DNA of 62,146 nt, filler included, from Circinaria calcarea (taxonomy: Eukaryota): the NCBI GenBank assembly GCA_051942165.1. It is 5 parts of 5 records of this genome, joined end to end, with 100 filler letters (N's around TTAATTAATTAA, not from the genome) between each part and the next. Parts side by side here need not be neighbours in the genome. Positions count along the whole stretch, not along the records: positions 24,910 to 37,260 come from JAVECS010000578.1; positions 37,361 to 49,704 come from JAVECS010000579.1; 3 more parts are not named here. One strand, given 5' to 3'. Both the position numbers and the translations under genes were made by a program. The notes under the pieces were generated by a model, which worked only from the letters and a program-made list of their open reading frames with translations, was not told the DNA's origin and made no database searches. Positions 25,507 to 38,063 of this stretch are shown here, one piece after another; the first letter of the stretch is position 1, and each line of letters starts with the position of its first letter.

Positions 25507-26736
25507 CTCTCCACCTCACAGCCACCAAAACCAGCACTTTAAACCGGTTCCCCCCAACCACACCCTTTCCCTCCCCCTAGATCCTCAGAGACAAGTATAG
25601 AAATCCGTAATGTCAGAATCAACACTTGACACTTAATGGAAATCTCAGGGAAGGGGGGGGGGAGTAAAATGGTCGGGAAGATCTGTTTTGGTATTTTTGG
25701 TTTTATGGTTTTTTGTTTTGTGGAGTGTAGAGGATGGAAAAAGAGAGGGGGAAGGGGAAAGGGGAGAGTAGAAAGGGGAAAAGGCAAGGGAAGAAGAATA
25801 TGTAAAATGACTTAAAATATATACATTCACTCTCTGTATATTTCTCTATCCCCGGAGGGAAGGGGAGGGGAGGGGTTTTCTTGTTTGCTAAACTTCCCAC
25901 ATTCTTCCCAAAAAGTTTTCACGGGGAAATTCAAGTTCCAAGAAAAAAAGAAAGAAAAAAAAAGTCCCTTGCTCCCCCCCCAGATTTCAATTTTTTTTTA
26001 TTAGCGAGTACGTGGGACGTGGGCCCTGGGTTCCAAATCCCATATTTTTTCCAGCCAACCAAAAAAAAAAGGTTCAAAAGTCATACTTGTCTGCTATTTT
26101 GCTTTCCGACTAAGGGGTACCAAGTAATCTATCTTATTTACAAAATTCTCTCTGCTTTGAATTCCCCATTTCCCTGGCCGCCGCCTCCCTTCCCACTGTC
26201 GCACCATCTACACTAGTCCCCGGTTCGTGGCCTGTGTGCAAATCGGGGGGGGGGGAGAGTGGCATCCCCGATTCCCGTACTCATACTAAATATCCACCTA
26301 CCCATACCGAGAACCGAAACCGAAACCCGATATCATAAACATCTGCATCTGCCCCGCCATCGTGGATACATGAATTGGAACGGGAAGAAAATTCCCAAGT
26401 GTACACGACGTGTAGGAAGGGGGGGGGGCCATTTCCCCCACTGGAAACGGAACAGTCTAAGCGAAGCCCAGCTAGCGGATCCTTTGACTGTAGCGTACAG
26501 TATATAAGCCATAGCAGGCGGTTGGATTCTCCTCCAACCCAAGACGGAAAACAATCTAGCGCAAAAGTCCGAGGAGCAAAAAAAGGGGGGGGTATATGCC
26601 AATGCTAATGCCAGTTCAATGCCAGTCATTCCATCGCGCCATCAAAATAACGCAAAGAACCAGAGTCTACCACCCACGCACCTCACACCAGCACAGTAGA
26701 AGCTCCAATCCACTTCAATTCCATCATGGAAAAAGT

Positions 26737-29700
26737 CTAGAAACAGTTAAATCCCGACTTCTTCTTCTTCTTGTTCAGCGCCGCCATCGTTTCCTCCAGA
26801 TGCGCCCTTGCCGCCTCCGCCTCCTTTCTTGCATGTCGCTCTTCTTCCACCGCTTGGAGAGAGGATCGACTGACGTTCCGTTCTTTCCTCAACATAGCCA
26901 GTTCGTCCTCGTAAGACCGCGCTCTCTTTTTCCAGGTCTCCATGTCGAACTTGGCCTTGTTGCTCTGGGCCTCGAGTTCGATCAGAGCTTCTTCGAGAGT
27001 GGCGGTAAGTTGTTTCTCGGCGTAAAGGTGTTTTTCGATGGTACGGATACGCGCTTCTTGGTCTTCGGCCATTTGGGAGTTGGCCACTTCTTTGCTTGAG
27101 CGTCGGATCTCGGACGGGAAGTTGCCAGCGTTTGTGGGTGACAGTGCACCAGTAGTGTGGTAGGGCATAGTAGTAGGCAAAGGTGGAAGAGGTATGGCTG
27201 GAGGTGGTGACGGCAACGCTGGGATCGAGCCACTCTTTCGAGAGCTCATTGAATTAGAACGATCTTTGAAACCATCCGAGAAGGGAGCCGGAGAGCTGCT
27301 GTGCTGCAACTATAAAGCTAGTTAGTAGTGTGGCGAAATTGAAATTCGAAAGACATTGTACCTCAATCTGCTTCAACCTCTTAGTCAAGACGTCTATTTC
27401 CTCTTGTGCGCTCGCCGTAGCGGCACGTGCTTCCAACAGCTCTATGTCACGCGTGGTTTGTAAAGAAGACAGCCTACTTGAGGTGATTCGGGTATTTTCG
27501 AAAGTGGAGGAGAGCTGACCCTCGAGTTCTTCTACTAAACGACTGGCGCGCTGCTCTTTCTCACGTAGGTCTTCAAGCTCCGCACTTAGCTCCTGCTTCA
27601 TCTTCGTAAGCTCATCTACGGTAGCTTGAACCTTCAACAGTGACGCATTAGCCGCCGCTTTGGCCTCCTCGGCGGCCGTCAGATTGCTCTTCGTATTTTC
27701 AAGATCGCTTGTTGTTTGCGTCTTGGCGGCTGCATTGTACTCTCGTTCTTTCTGTAGCTCCTCAATCTGGGCTCCTCGCTCATCAATGGCTGCCTCCAGG
27801 TCTTTGACTTGATTCTGCAGTCCTTGAATTGTTTTCTGCAGTCGAATTTCGGCCTCTTCCTTTGCTTTGGCAAGATTCTCATCATGTTGCGCCACTAGGT
27901 CAGCAATGCGAGCTTCTGTATCTGCTTCTGCTTGCCGCAGAGCCGACGAACGTACATCCTCTAGCTCTTTGCTTTGCGAATCGTGGAGCGATTTTAGTCC
28001 GTGCTTGTGGAATTCTACAGCAGATCGATGTTCAGCTAGTTGGTCCTCCAAGGAAGAAATCTGGTCGTGGTGATGGTTCAATTGCTCCTGTGTGGCCTGC
28101 CGGAACCGCGTGCCCTCTTCGATCATTCGCTGAGCATCTGTGTGTGACTCCTCAAGGCTGTGTATGATCTTGACATTGGAATCAATCACCGCCTTATGCC
28201 CATTTATCTCCTTGGTCAATGCTTTCACGGTCTCCGCATGAATAATCTTCTCTGTTTCAAATCCAGCGGCAGTAGCGGATATATTCACCGATTGCGTTTC
28301 GAACTCCTTGGATTTCTCATGGCGTCTGTTTTCGGTGCCCGCCAGGGAAGCTTCAAGATTTGCAATCGTAGCAAGTAGTTTCTTCTCGGATGCTTGCATC
28401 GACTCCACCACCAGAGTGTGCTTCCTTTCCCATGTCGATAACTCTCTCTGAAGCTCAGATACTTGTCGGTCTGGGAGTTGACGTTCGGTCAACCGCTGCG
28501 GGTCGAAGTCATTTGACTCCATCGGCGGTGTCTCGGGAACCCCGGACGGAGAGCCGTTGGTGTGAGAAGACAGACTTTCTTGAAGGGAGCGTATCTGGTT
28601 GGCCATATCTCGTTCCCTGGCGGCGTGACTTTCTCGCAGCATCATCATTTGGCTCTCACTCAGAAGTATTTGATCGCGCATTGAAGAGACAACAGAGATA
28701 TCCACAGGCGATGAACCTTTTAAGCTCGATCTCTCCCGAGTCAGTCCAGATATTATCGTCATCTTTGTCTCCATTTCTTTCTTCATGATTGACAGCTCAG
28801 CTTCAAGGACTTGCACGCGTTCAGATCGTTGATGTAACTCATGCATTGCGGTGTTTAGATTCAATTCGAAACTCTGCATCGTATCCGGCTTATCTTCAAA
28901 GTTCTCGGAGGCAATGTTGCCCAAGGACGCCAGTGATCGATGAGCACGGTCGATGGCCATGACGTTCTGGCTAGATCTCCTTCTGACCGCGTGTGACGGA
29001 GATGAATGCGGAGCGCTCCGCCTGGCCTTCTGAACCTCGGCCTTCAGCTCTTCAACTAGGTCCAGGGTGTCCATGTGCTGTTCCTGAAGTTGAACGTACT
29101 TTGTATGGAGGACATTCATGCCTTCTTCTCTCTCAGCCTGCAAAACCTTTAAGTGATCCACCTCATTGGCTAGCGACATGTCTTCGCGCGACAGTGTGCG
29201 CTCATCGTCGAGCTCGGCCACCTGCTTCGAGGGTTCTAAATAAGATTCCGTCGGAGTAGGCAGCCCTCCAGCTAAGGACAATTCCGATGATAGAGACCGC
29301 GAGGATGATAATTGTCCTCCATACTTGAGCTCTTTCAGCCTCGCGTTTTCTAAAAAAGATGGATTCCCAACAGCTATGCCGACTGCGACATTGGATGTTG
29401 ATGAGCGACTAGAATCGAGAGCCGCTTCCTGAAGCGACGCAAGAGTCCGAAGGGCTTCCTCGTACTTGGCAGAGAGTATGTCGTATTCGTTGACTGTCGA
29501 TTCATGCTCCAGTCGCAAATCAAAGAGTTCCTGAGTAACGTTCTCCAGCTTCTCGCCAACAAACTTTGACTGCGCCGGACTTTGAAGATAGGTTTCGGAA
29601 GCTTCTCGACTTGGGGCCTCTGGACTCAGTGGCGGGGGATGCTCCCAATCCTCATCATCGGACTCAGGGATGGCGGTTTCCACAGCCGCTTTGAGAGCTG

Positions 29701-32136
29701 CCTCCGGCGAAAGCTTTAGCACTGTATCACCGGATCTCTCTTGTGGAAATCCATTCGTCAGATGGACACGTTCTAACGGGTTACCGTTGGATTGAATATG
29801 ATCAAGTTCGTACAGCAGGCCGTCCAGCTTCCCGAGACTACGTTGCCGCTCAACGACGTGTTCTAGACGACCTATTTCTCGCTGCATCAAATCCATGTCC
29901 TGATCCGCCTCTGCGAGTCTTTCCTCCAGATTTGAGATGTATTCTTCGCAGCTAGCCTCATTCTCGCGGATCCGTGCAATCTCTTTACGGAGTTCGCTCA
30001 CAATGGCAGTATTCTTCTCGTCTCCAGTAGTTCGACCGTCTAGCTTTGCTTCAAGGTCATGGAGATATTGTTCGGTGCTAGCCTCCCTATCGACCAATTT
30101 CCGTACACGTGTTTGTAGCTGCATATTGAGAGTCTCGACGTAAGCACACTTCGTTTCTCTTTCCAGCAGGCTACTTTCAGTGTTTGATAGGGAAGATCTG
30201 GTGCTGGAAAGGGACGTTTCTAGGCTTTGAATGGTTTTTTCGTATTCCAAGACAACATTCTCGACTGCTTCGGCCAAGGAGTTTGACCTATTCAACCTAT
30301 CTACCGCGCTATCGCCAACGGCGCCAGAAAATGCTGGCAAGTCGATTGACTCATCATCTCTTGCTTTCGTGATCTCGGAGATCAATTTGGCATGACGCTG
30401 GCTAAGAGCAGAGTAGTTTTCTTGTATATCAAGAAGGTGGTTCTGCAGTTCGACTTCTCTCTCATATTGGCGATCTGGCCTCTCCAGCGGGTCGCTTCCA
30501 CGATCACCGCGTTCTGTGCTCCGAATCTGCTCACGCAAAAAAGAGACTTCAGCACGAAGGCGATCGATCAAAGCTTGTTTGTCATTCTCATCCGAGACCT
30601 GCTGGATCCTTGGCTTGCTTTGTATCGCTCGAGCACGCTGCGCATACTGTACCGTGTTGAGGGTTTCGCTAAGATGGAACTCTGCAGGCGTGATGCAGGC
30701 AATCATGTAAGTAATCGCATTCCCACCGAGTGAATCTTGAAGCAGTCGGGTAAGCTTCGAATCGCGGTATGAAATATGTGCGCTAGCCTGTCGAGACGAG
30801 AGCTGGGAAATGACCTTGCCCAAGCTCGCAAGACCTGCATTGATGGAGATACCTTCCTTGGCCCGGTCCCCCGATGCTCCAGTATTCTTCATACGCTCGC
30901 TTCCAGCCAAATCAACAAAGTGGAGCTTACTGTCGACAGTGATGCAGTTGTCATGGGCGCCTAACGAATCTAAAGGCACAGAATACCGTTTCTCCTGCCC
31001 CGAAATTTGCTGGACTTTGGTTTTTCGTTGTATCAGGTTGAGGCTGAAGATGGCATGGGAACGAGATGATTTGGCATTGATAGCCGTAGCGTCTGTCTGA
31101 CGAATGGATGAGCCGAAATTCAACGCTCCAAGTAGATCCTCGACCGAATTGATTGTCACTTGATGTAAGCCAGTCAGGAGGATGCGGCCTTTAGTATCCT
31201 CCCTTATGGTTACAGTGCTTCGCTCGGTGTACGGTATCTGTTCAGGAACCAGCAAATCTCGCAGCTGTTCGTTGTATATCTTCGCGACGGTATTAGTGTC
31301 ATAAATTCCCAACATCGGGTAGACGTACCTCAACATAAGTCGCCTTTAATTGCCAGCATTTCTCACTACCGGCCTTGGCCAGACTCTGAAGAGTGTGTAC
31401 TGAGTTAGTTGAGTATCTAGTAGGTGTCCTTATGCCAGAGGACCCATTGCGATGAAGTACAGGCGGCCCAGAGAGCTTCTCGAACAAAGCCATGGCGGCC
31501 CTAGGAATAACGCCTGGCGAGATGGTCAGCTCTGGAGTGGCGGAATAAGGTAGAACCATGGCAGCCGCACATACCCTTCAGATGCGGATCGCTCTGTTCT
31601 GCAGGACCAGAAGTTCCCATCGTATAGGACTTTCCCGCTCCCGACTGGCCGTATGCCAGTACAGAAACATTGTAGCCTTGGATAAACGCATTGACACTCT
31701 CGGAAGTATATTCCCAGACACCATCTTGATGAACGTCTTCGCCAAAAACCCGATCAAAGACAAATAGCTTCCGACCTTGTGGGGAATCAATGGCCAAACT
31801 CGTCGGAGATGTTACATGAACCATAGATCTCTGGAACCTTTGAGGGATCAATTCGAACCCTGGGTCTGTTGATTTCAGCGGCGGCCGAATTCGGATAGCT
31901 GGCCGTTACCAAAAAAAAACTTTAATCAGTGGACATTCTCTCCGCCCTCTGCTACCTTCCCCACCGGCGTACATACCAACTTTGACCGATGCTCTACCAT
32001 CCTCGTCCGAAGCACGACTGCCGCCACCTTGCCTGCTGCTCACGCTCATGCGACTGGTACTGCGTGGTGAACGAATAAGGGCGCTCGTAGGTCGCTGAAG
32101 GCCCCCCAAGGGCGAGGTGGGCGGAGAGCCGGCCAT
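26737..32136 (-). CDS. Kinesin motor protein, kinesin-4 (KIF4/KIF21-like) type, multi-exon
   Basis: P-loop 'GQSGAGKS', switch I 'NAKSSRSHA', switch II 'DLAGSER', 'HISYRDSKLTRLLQDSLGGN', long coiled coil, C-terminus 'KKKKKSGFNCF'. Confidence 0.92.
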
Positions 32137-34715
32137 GTCTCAGGATCTCCTCTGATAGTGACAGAGTGACCGACTTTTTACTTCTTCTGGTCAAGATTGT
32201 CACCAGAGTGCTGCCACAGCCATGAGGGTGGTGTGGAAACAGATTGGGTGTTGGCCTCTACGGAAGGACATAAACATAAGGCGGTGCGATCCGGCAGCGT
32301 AATCGGGCCCCGTGCAGTCAATGCATAGCTACAGAATGGCAATGGTGGAGGGAGCACTAAGCGCGTGCTGGACGGGACCGTGATGATTGCGCGCAACGCC
32401 GAGTAGAAGAAAGGGCAAACATGTCATGACAAGTACGAAGTAGGCCGGTAAAAATAATAATCCGACCACGGAACGAGCGAAGGTGATTGAGCAGCGAGCA
32501 CGAGAAGGACAGGGGGGAATGGACAGGGGTAGACCGGGCCTTTTAGCGGTGGCAGTTCCCGGTCCGTGACTCCTTTTGATCCTTTGGCCATCTCTCCTCT
32601 CGAGGGTTCGGGACGCCTACGAAATCGGGTGTGATTACGGGGCAGAGGGACCCCTGTGAGCGCAGTATATGGGATCATGCTCTCTGTAAGATTACAAAGG
32701 TAGACCTTTCTACTTTCTACAGTCCCGACATCTTCATACGCCGTTATAACTGCCAGCGGTTGACGATGGTTGACACTGCATTCCACCGCACGACCCATCG
32801 GTGTTAATTCACCGTCCATTATTCGTATCCGTGAAATATCGTTGGACGACTCCAGACTCTGTAGTCGGTCGCGATTATCAGTCGTGAAAACATCATTCCT
32901 AGCCGTGACCGCTACCCCTTTCCCTTGCTATGCCCGGCTGGACCAATGAGAAATTGCCGCTGCAGTATGCACCGCGAAAGCAGGCCATCAGACTTCCGTA
33001 CCACATGTCAAGGTTCGACCTAAGGCTGGTAAAGCTACGCGTGTCGGGAAAAGCAAACCTAGAATCTTTCCGGTAGAGTGTCCAGTCCTACTACTGAATT
33101 ACCAAGCATGAGAGGATTGTACATGGACAGATCTTGTTTGAGCCGCTCCATTCAGATTGACAGCACATCTCCGTAGTCATGCAGACCCTGGAGTGAAGTG
33201 TCTCCAGAATCATCGCCACTACTACTATGGTAATCCGGGTGGAGTGGCACTTGCCATGCGTCGCCTTGGGATTCTGTGGATTCGCAAAGGAGATTTAAGG
33301 TTTATGACCGCTCCAATCGAGTCGGAAAGCTTATCTTAGCTCGTGATGGCGCAGTCCCGACAAGACCGGGGTCCCTGTTGCCTGTAATCTGCAATCGCAC
33401 TACCCCGTTCCCTGCCCCGGATTCGCTACGGCCAGCCCTGCCGGTTGCCACGTCTTTCGATCGAGTACCGGAAACCGACAGCCTGGCTTGCGACAAAGGA
33501 CTTCCCCAAGACCGAGCGAGAAACACTACAGCGCGGGAGGACTCTATTTGTCAGACCACAAAGAGGGCGGTCCTCTGCACCGGGAATATCTCGATCCGAT
33601 GTAGGAAACTTGTCTGCCGCAGCAGACGCCCGAATGAGATACCCGACGTCTGGCGATGAGATATCAAAGAGCTGCTGTGCCCGTTCCTTTCAGAGCCCTA
33701 TTCTTGGTCTCGAGCTTACTCGAGCTATGACCCGGTTACGAATCAGGCCATGCGCAATTGCTGATTGCCACTGGTGGCAAGGAGGATATCGCAAAGAGCT
33801 CAGACGACCGTAGTTCTTCCGATTAAGAGTAAAAAGAAGAAAAGTCGGCTGGAATATCCCAAGGAGAGCGCCATGAGAGATCCTTTTGACAGCAAAAATC
33901 AATTTGGGTGTGGGATTCAAGAAACACGCTGACCATCCAGAAAAGCTCAAATCCTAATAATCTCAGTAGGACCTTGGTCTAAATATTCCGGGACAGGAAA
34001 CTGAGCTCTCTCCTTTACCCGCCGATTCCATGAGTAGAGCCCGCTCTGGAAAGCTGAACTGGAGACCTAAACTGTAAGCCTTCTTGCAAGTATACAACGA
34101 GTCATAGGAACGGTATTAAACCTCCGTTTCTCTTGCACGTAAGCCTTTCTACACCTAAGTAGCTTGTCTGTCAGCAGGGCGCTTAACGACTGCTTCCCGA
34201 GTTTTGACAACAATCCCAAAGACACGAAAAGTGTACAGAGTACTCGTGTGGCTCAGCCGTTCATTACGAGCCCGTCAAGGCAAAGAGGACTTGGAAAATT
34301 AAATGTGAACACGATGATTCAAATAACTCATACCACAAATAATTGCAGCTTTATTTCAGTAACCTTGACGTCAAGTAGCTTTACCCAAAAGACTCTACCC
34401 TTTCCTAATTCGTATTCAATCTGGCCGTCCCTTTATGGAGAGCTGAGCGAAACGAGTATGCACGCCGGAGATGAATTCGATAGAGCAAAGTAACGTTGGA
34501 TACCTTCCTTAGTCTAGCTATGTGTATGTTAATATGGAGTAGGGAAGCCCAACGCCAAGCAAAACGGGAATGCAATTGCGTACTCCGTATGGTATTCGGT
34601 TATTCGATCTTCTCCGCAAAAGCTGTTTAGGCATGTCAAGCTCTCTTTGGTCGAGATTCAATTAATGAGCGATAGATAGAAGTCTTTGAATCTGTTCAGT
34701 CGCGGGAGTAAAGTC

Positions 34716-35873
34716 ATGACGTCTGTAGCGAAGCAACGACTACAACATCTGAGTGAGCAGCTTGTTGTCCCACCGGTAGATCCGGGGAGCTTTGAAAACG
34801 TCCCCAAGATCAAACAGGTAGGCCCAGACTCGGCTGGACAGTGAGCTTTGCAACTCAAATTGACACTGCAGTACTGATATCTTTCTAGAAGAGTTAAAGG
34901 CAAAGTGGTCATTGTTACAGGTGTCAAGCCTCAAATTACCCCCGCCGAAGCAATCGGTCCTAACTCTGGCTTTTACGAGTAGGCGCAAACTCACCACTCG
35001 GTATCGGTCGGGCAAGCGCTCATCAATTCGCCCACAATGGTGCCCGCGCAGTCTACATCTGTGATTTTCGCAACGAGTATCTCGCCGTCCACCAACGAGA
35101 GCTTCAGTCCCTTTACCCCGATGTAGATATTCATGCCCGACAATTCGATGCTGCAGATGAAGCAGCAATGGAGGCGGTTGTTGACGAGGCCTTGGAGAAA
35201 TATGGGAGATTGGACATAATGTTTGCCAATGCTGGTGTCGTAGGGACGAACAAGCTATATAAAGATATTGGGGCTGAGGAATTCATGAAGACCATGAGAA
35301 CGAACGTCTTGAGGTATGGTGTGCTTCGGGAAGCCAATCGCCAATCATGTAACGATGGATAGTGTCTTCCTGGCTACTAAATACGCCGCGAAAGCCATGC
35401 TCGTCACCTCCGCCTCCAAACCGTATCCATCGGGCTCCATAATCGCCACCGCCTCTGTTGCTGGCCTCCGTTCAAACGCCGGCAGCACGGATTATTCCGC
35501 CTCCAAGGCGGCTGTGATCTCTCTTATGCAGACCACCGCGTATCAGCTCTCCCGCACCTCGATTCGGTGCAACGCAATCTGTCCCGGTCTAATCGAGACG
35601 GGCATGACAGCACCCGTGTACAATGCCGCGAGAGCACGAGGTACGGAAGGGAAAATAGGACAATTAAATCCAATGGGACGGGGTGCTGTGGCGGATGAAG
35701 TTGCGAGAGTCGCGGTAAGCTGGTCGTTAATCCTCTACCTTTGGGACCGGCCACTGACCAGCTCCAAGTTGTTCCTGGGAAGTGATGAGGCAAGTTACGT
35801 GAATGGGCAGGCCTGGGCAGTGTGTGGTGGCCTAAGCGCCGGGCATCCAGTCGTAGGTGGCAAGTTAGCTTAG
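34716..35873 (+). CDS. Short-chain dehydrogenase/reductase with N-terminal PTS2-like signal
   Basis: Spliced 'GKVVIVTG-ANSPLGIG', 'FANAG', catalytic 'YSASK', 'SYVNGQ'. N-terminus MTSVAKQRLQHLSEQL contains R-L-x5-Q-L. Confidence 0.9.
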
Positions 35874-36324
35874 CGAGTAAGCCAAACACTGTCTATCGAA
35901 AATTTGGCTTTTAATGGCTCGTCGAGCTGCGTCCAATAGCTCAGATCACTATGAGACGTAAGGAATTTCACTCATTGGACAACCCAACCTCTCGAGTCGA
36001 CAGGTCGAAGGACGGATGAGAATCTATTTCATTACCATGAAAAGTCGGCCAAGAGGTAAACAGCGCTTGTGGGGAAAAACCGTGGCAGTTGCGCCGCACA
36101 TACATCGTAGCGCTTCATACAACATAACGTCTCAAGATCTATGCGCGTCTAAGATATGTATGGCTTTCTATTTGTTTGGTTCTTGTCGTCTAGGGCAATC
36201 TCGATACAGTTCGACACGGAGAAGAAATGTGGGATACTTTACCACTGTGAAGGATCCGTCTTGGCTTGAGTATTGCCCTGGACGAACATACGTACGTTCC
36301 CCAATGTTCAAGTCGTCATTCACC

Positions 36325-37138
36325 ATGCGGTCTACCTGTCTATTATCCGTCACGACATTGGCTATTTTTGCCGTTCTCAGCTTGACGAACCCAATCAGAG
36401 GTCCTGCGAAAAAGAGTACCGCCGAAAGGACCAGTATAGAAACCGAGCAAATAGTACGTGGAAACGAGCGTCAGGTCTTTGATGAGGCTGTTGCATCGAA
36501 CATAGTACCGGTCGGTTTACCTTTTGGCACGAGCCGGGAACAACCATTCAGCAGTGATCTACATGAGTCGAGCGGGAAGTACGTCGAGCATGTTACCTCT
36601 GTCTGGCCAAATGGAACTGACAGTGCTTGTCAACCTTCTTAGAACCTCGGGGGCTAGCATTGAGGCATTTCACCATCTTCTACCTCGCAGGCCTTTCTAC
36701 CCTATCACCCACCGATTGCCAGGTTTCGGTGTGTATGTGTTCATCCGTTTAACAAATGAAGTGGTTGGGGTCTCCATTATGCATATGCTCCAGTCAGCGA
36801 TCGACAATATCGGGGAACACCTCAACCACATCGGCAATGGTGTAATCAACCAGAAGAGCCCTGAAACGGCCTTTATGTACTCGACAGGAGACGTTCGATT
36901 GCTCGTCGATAATATCGGGGATCATCACCTTACTTACAAGTCCCTCTCGCGTGCTCTCATAACTCTGGTGGATTACTTCCTAATCCATTCCTCGACTTTG
37001 TCCTCGGCACAGTTTGAGATCTATGAGGGATCCCGTAGGCTTGCCGTGGGATCGGTCGTCCCTGCTGCTGTCGGGACGCTATCCCCGAGACAAAACCAAG
37101 GAAGGAAGTGCCAAGGTAAACCTAGTGGTCGAACGTAA
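36325..37138 (+). CDS. Putative secreted protein of unknown function
   Basis: CACCATG start, signal peptide 'MRSTCLLSVTTLAIFAVLSLT'; intron 36579-36642 (GTACGT..CTGAC..TAG) joins ORF 36016-36642 to ORF 36524-37138 in frame. Confidence 0.7.
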
Positions 37139-37260
37139 GTACCGCATATAGATTCATTCTCGCTGGAAAGTCAAACATGGAAAGAGGACGTTTTTAGGTA
37201 ATAAATCCCACTGACACTCTTCCCACCCCTTAGCGCCACCACACCCACCCCCCACACTTC

Positions 37261-37360
37261 NNNNNNNNNNNNNNNNNNNNNNNNNNNNNNNNNNNNNNNN
37301 NNNNTTAATTAATTAANNNNNNNNNNNNNNNNNNNNNNNNNNNNNNNNNNNNNNNNNNNN
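37261..37360. other. Artificial contig linker
   Basis: N44-TTAATTAATTAA-N44. Confidence 0.98.
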
Positions 37361-38063
37361 ATCCCCCCCCGCCCTCCTCCCTCAAATCCCCGAAAGGCCC
37401 CTTTCCTCCACCAAAAACGTCCTTGGCGCTATTTGCATTAACCGAGTACCTAGTTACCCAACCTCATTCATTACGCTGCTGCTGCGCTGGTCAGTTCTAA
37501 ACTCCCGTCAAGTCTCTTCGAGGCCACAGACCGTGTGACCGTAAAGAGCGACACCACGAGGATAGAGGGCTTTTAAGAGCAGGGACGGAACCGCCGACAC
37601 TGTTGGAAATCGACCATTGGGATTACTTACGAGATCGGTTGAAAGGGGGGGGGTAAAGCAAGTCGACCGGTAAAAGGGGAGGAAAAAGGGGGTTCAGGCG
37701 GGTTTGCTCGGCAGGCATCGAAAAGCCATCCAAGTAAGTGGATCCTGGGTTTTCGCTTGCGGAACTGGACGTGAGAGACCGCATGTGAGTGGAAAGATTT
37801 GCAGAAAGAGAAACGCCGAAGAGGTGGCAGGTGAACACTGCCGTCTGTGTGAAAAAAAAATGTAAACAGGATGACTGCTGCAGAGACAGGTCCTGACCTT
37901 TCCCTTTGAATAGGAGGGAGTCTGATTTTCGAGGGTGGTTCCGGCGAGGCCTGAGATGATTGAATTTATAGTGCCGGTGATTGTTGTCGTCTAAGCAGGC
38001 TATAACATAACTTGTATCTAGTTGATGAACTATTCAGTTTTGAAGGGTACGCTTACTACTAAT

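Noticed and set aside
25190..25900. Poly-Lys and poly-Phe/Leu ORFs
   Set aside because: Translation of the (TTTTTC)n microsatellite and neighbouring low-complexity DNA.
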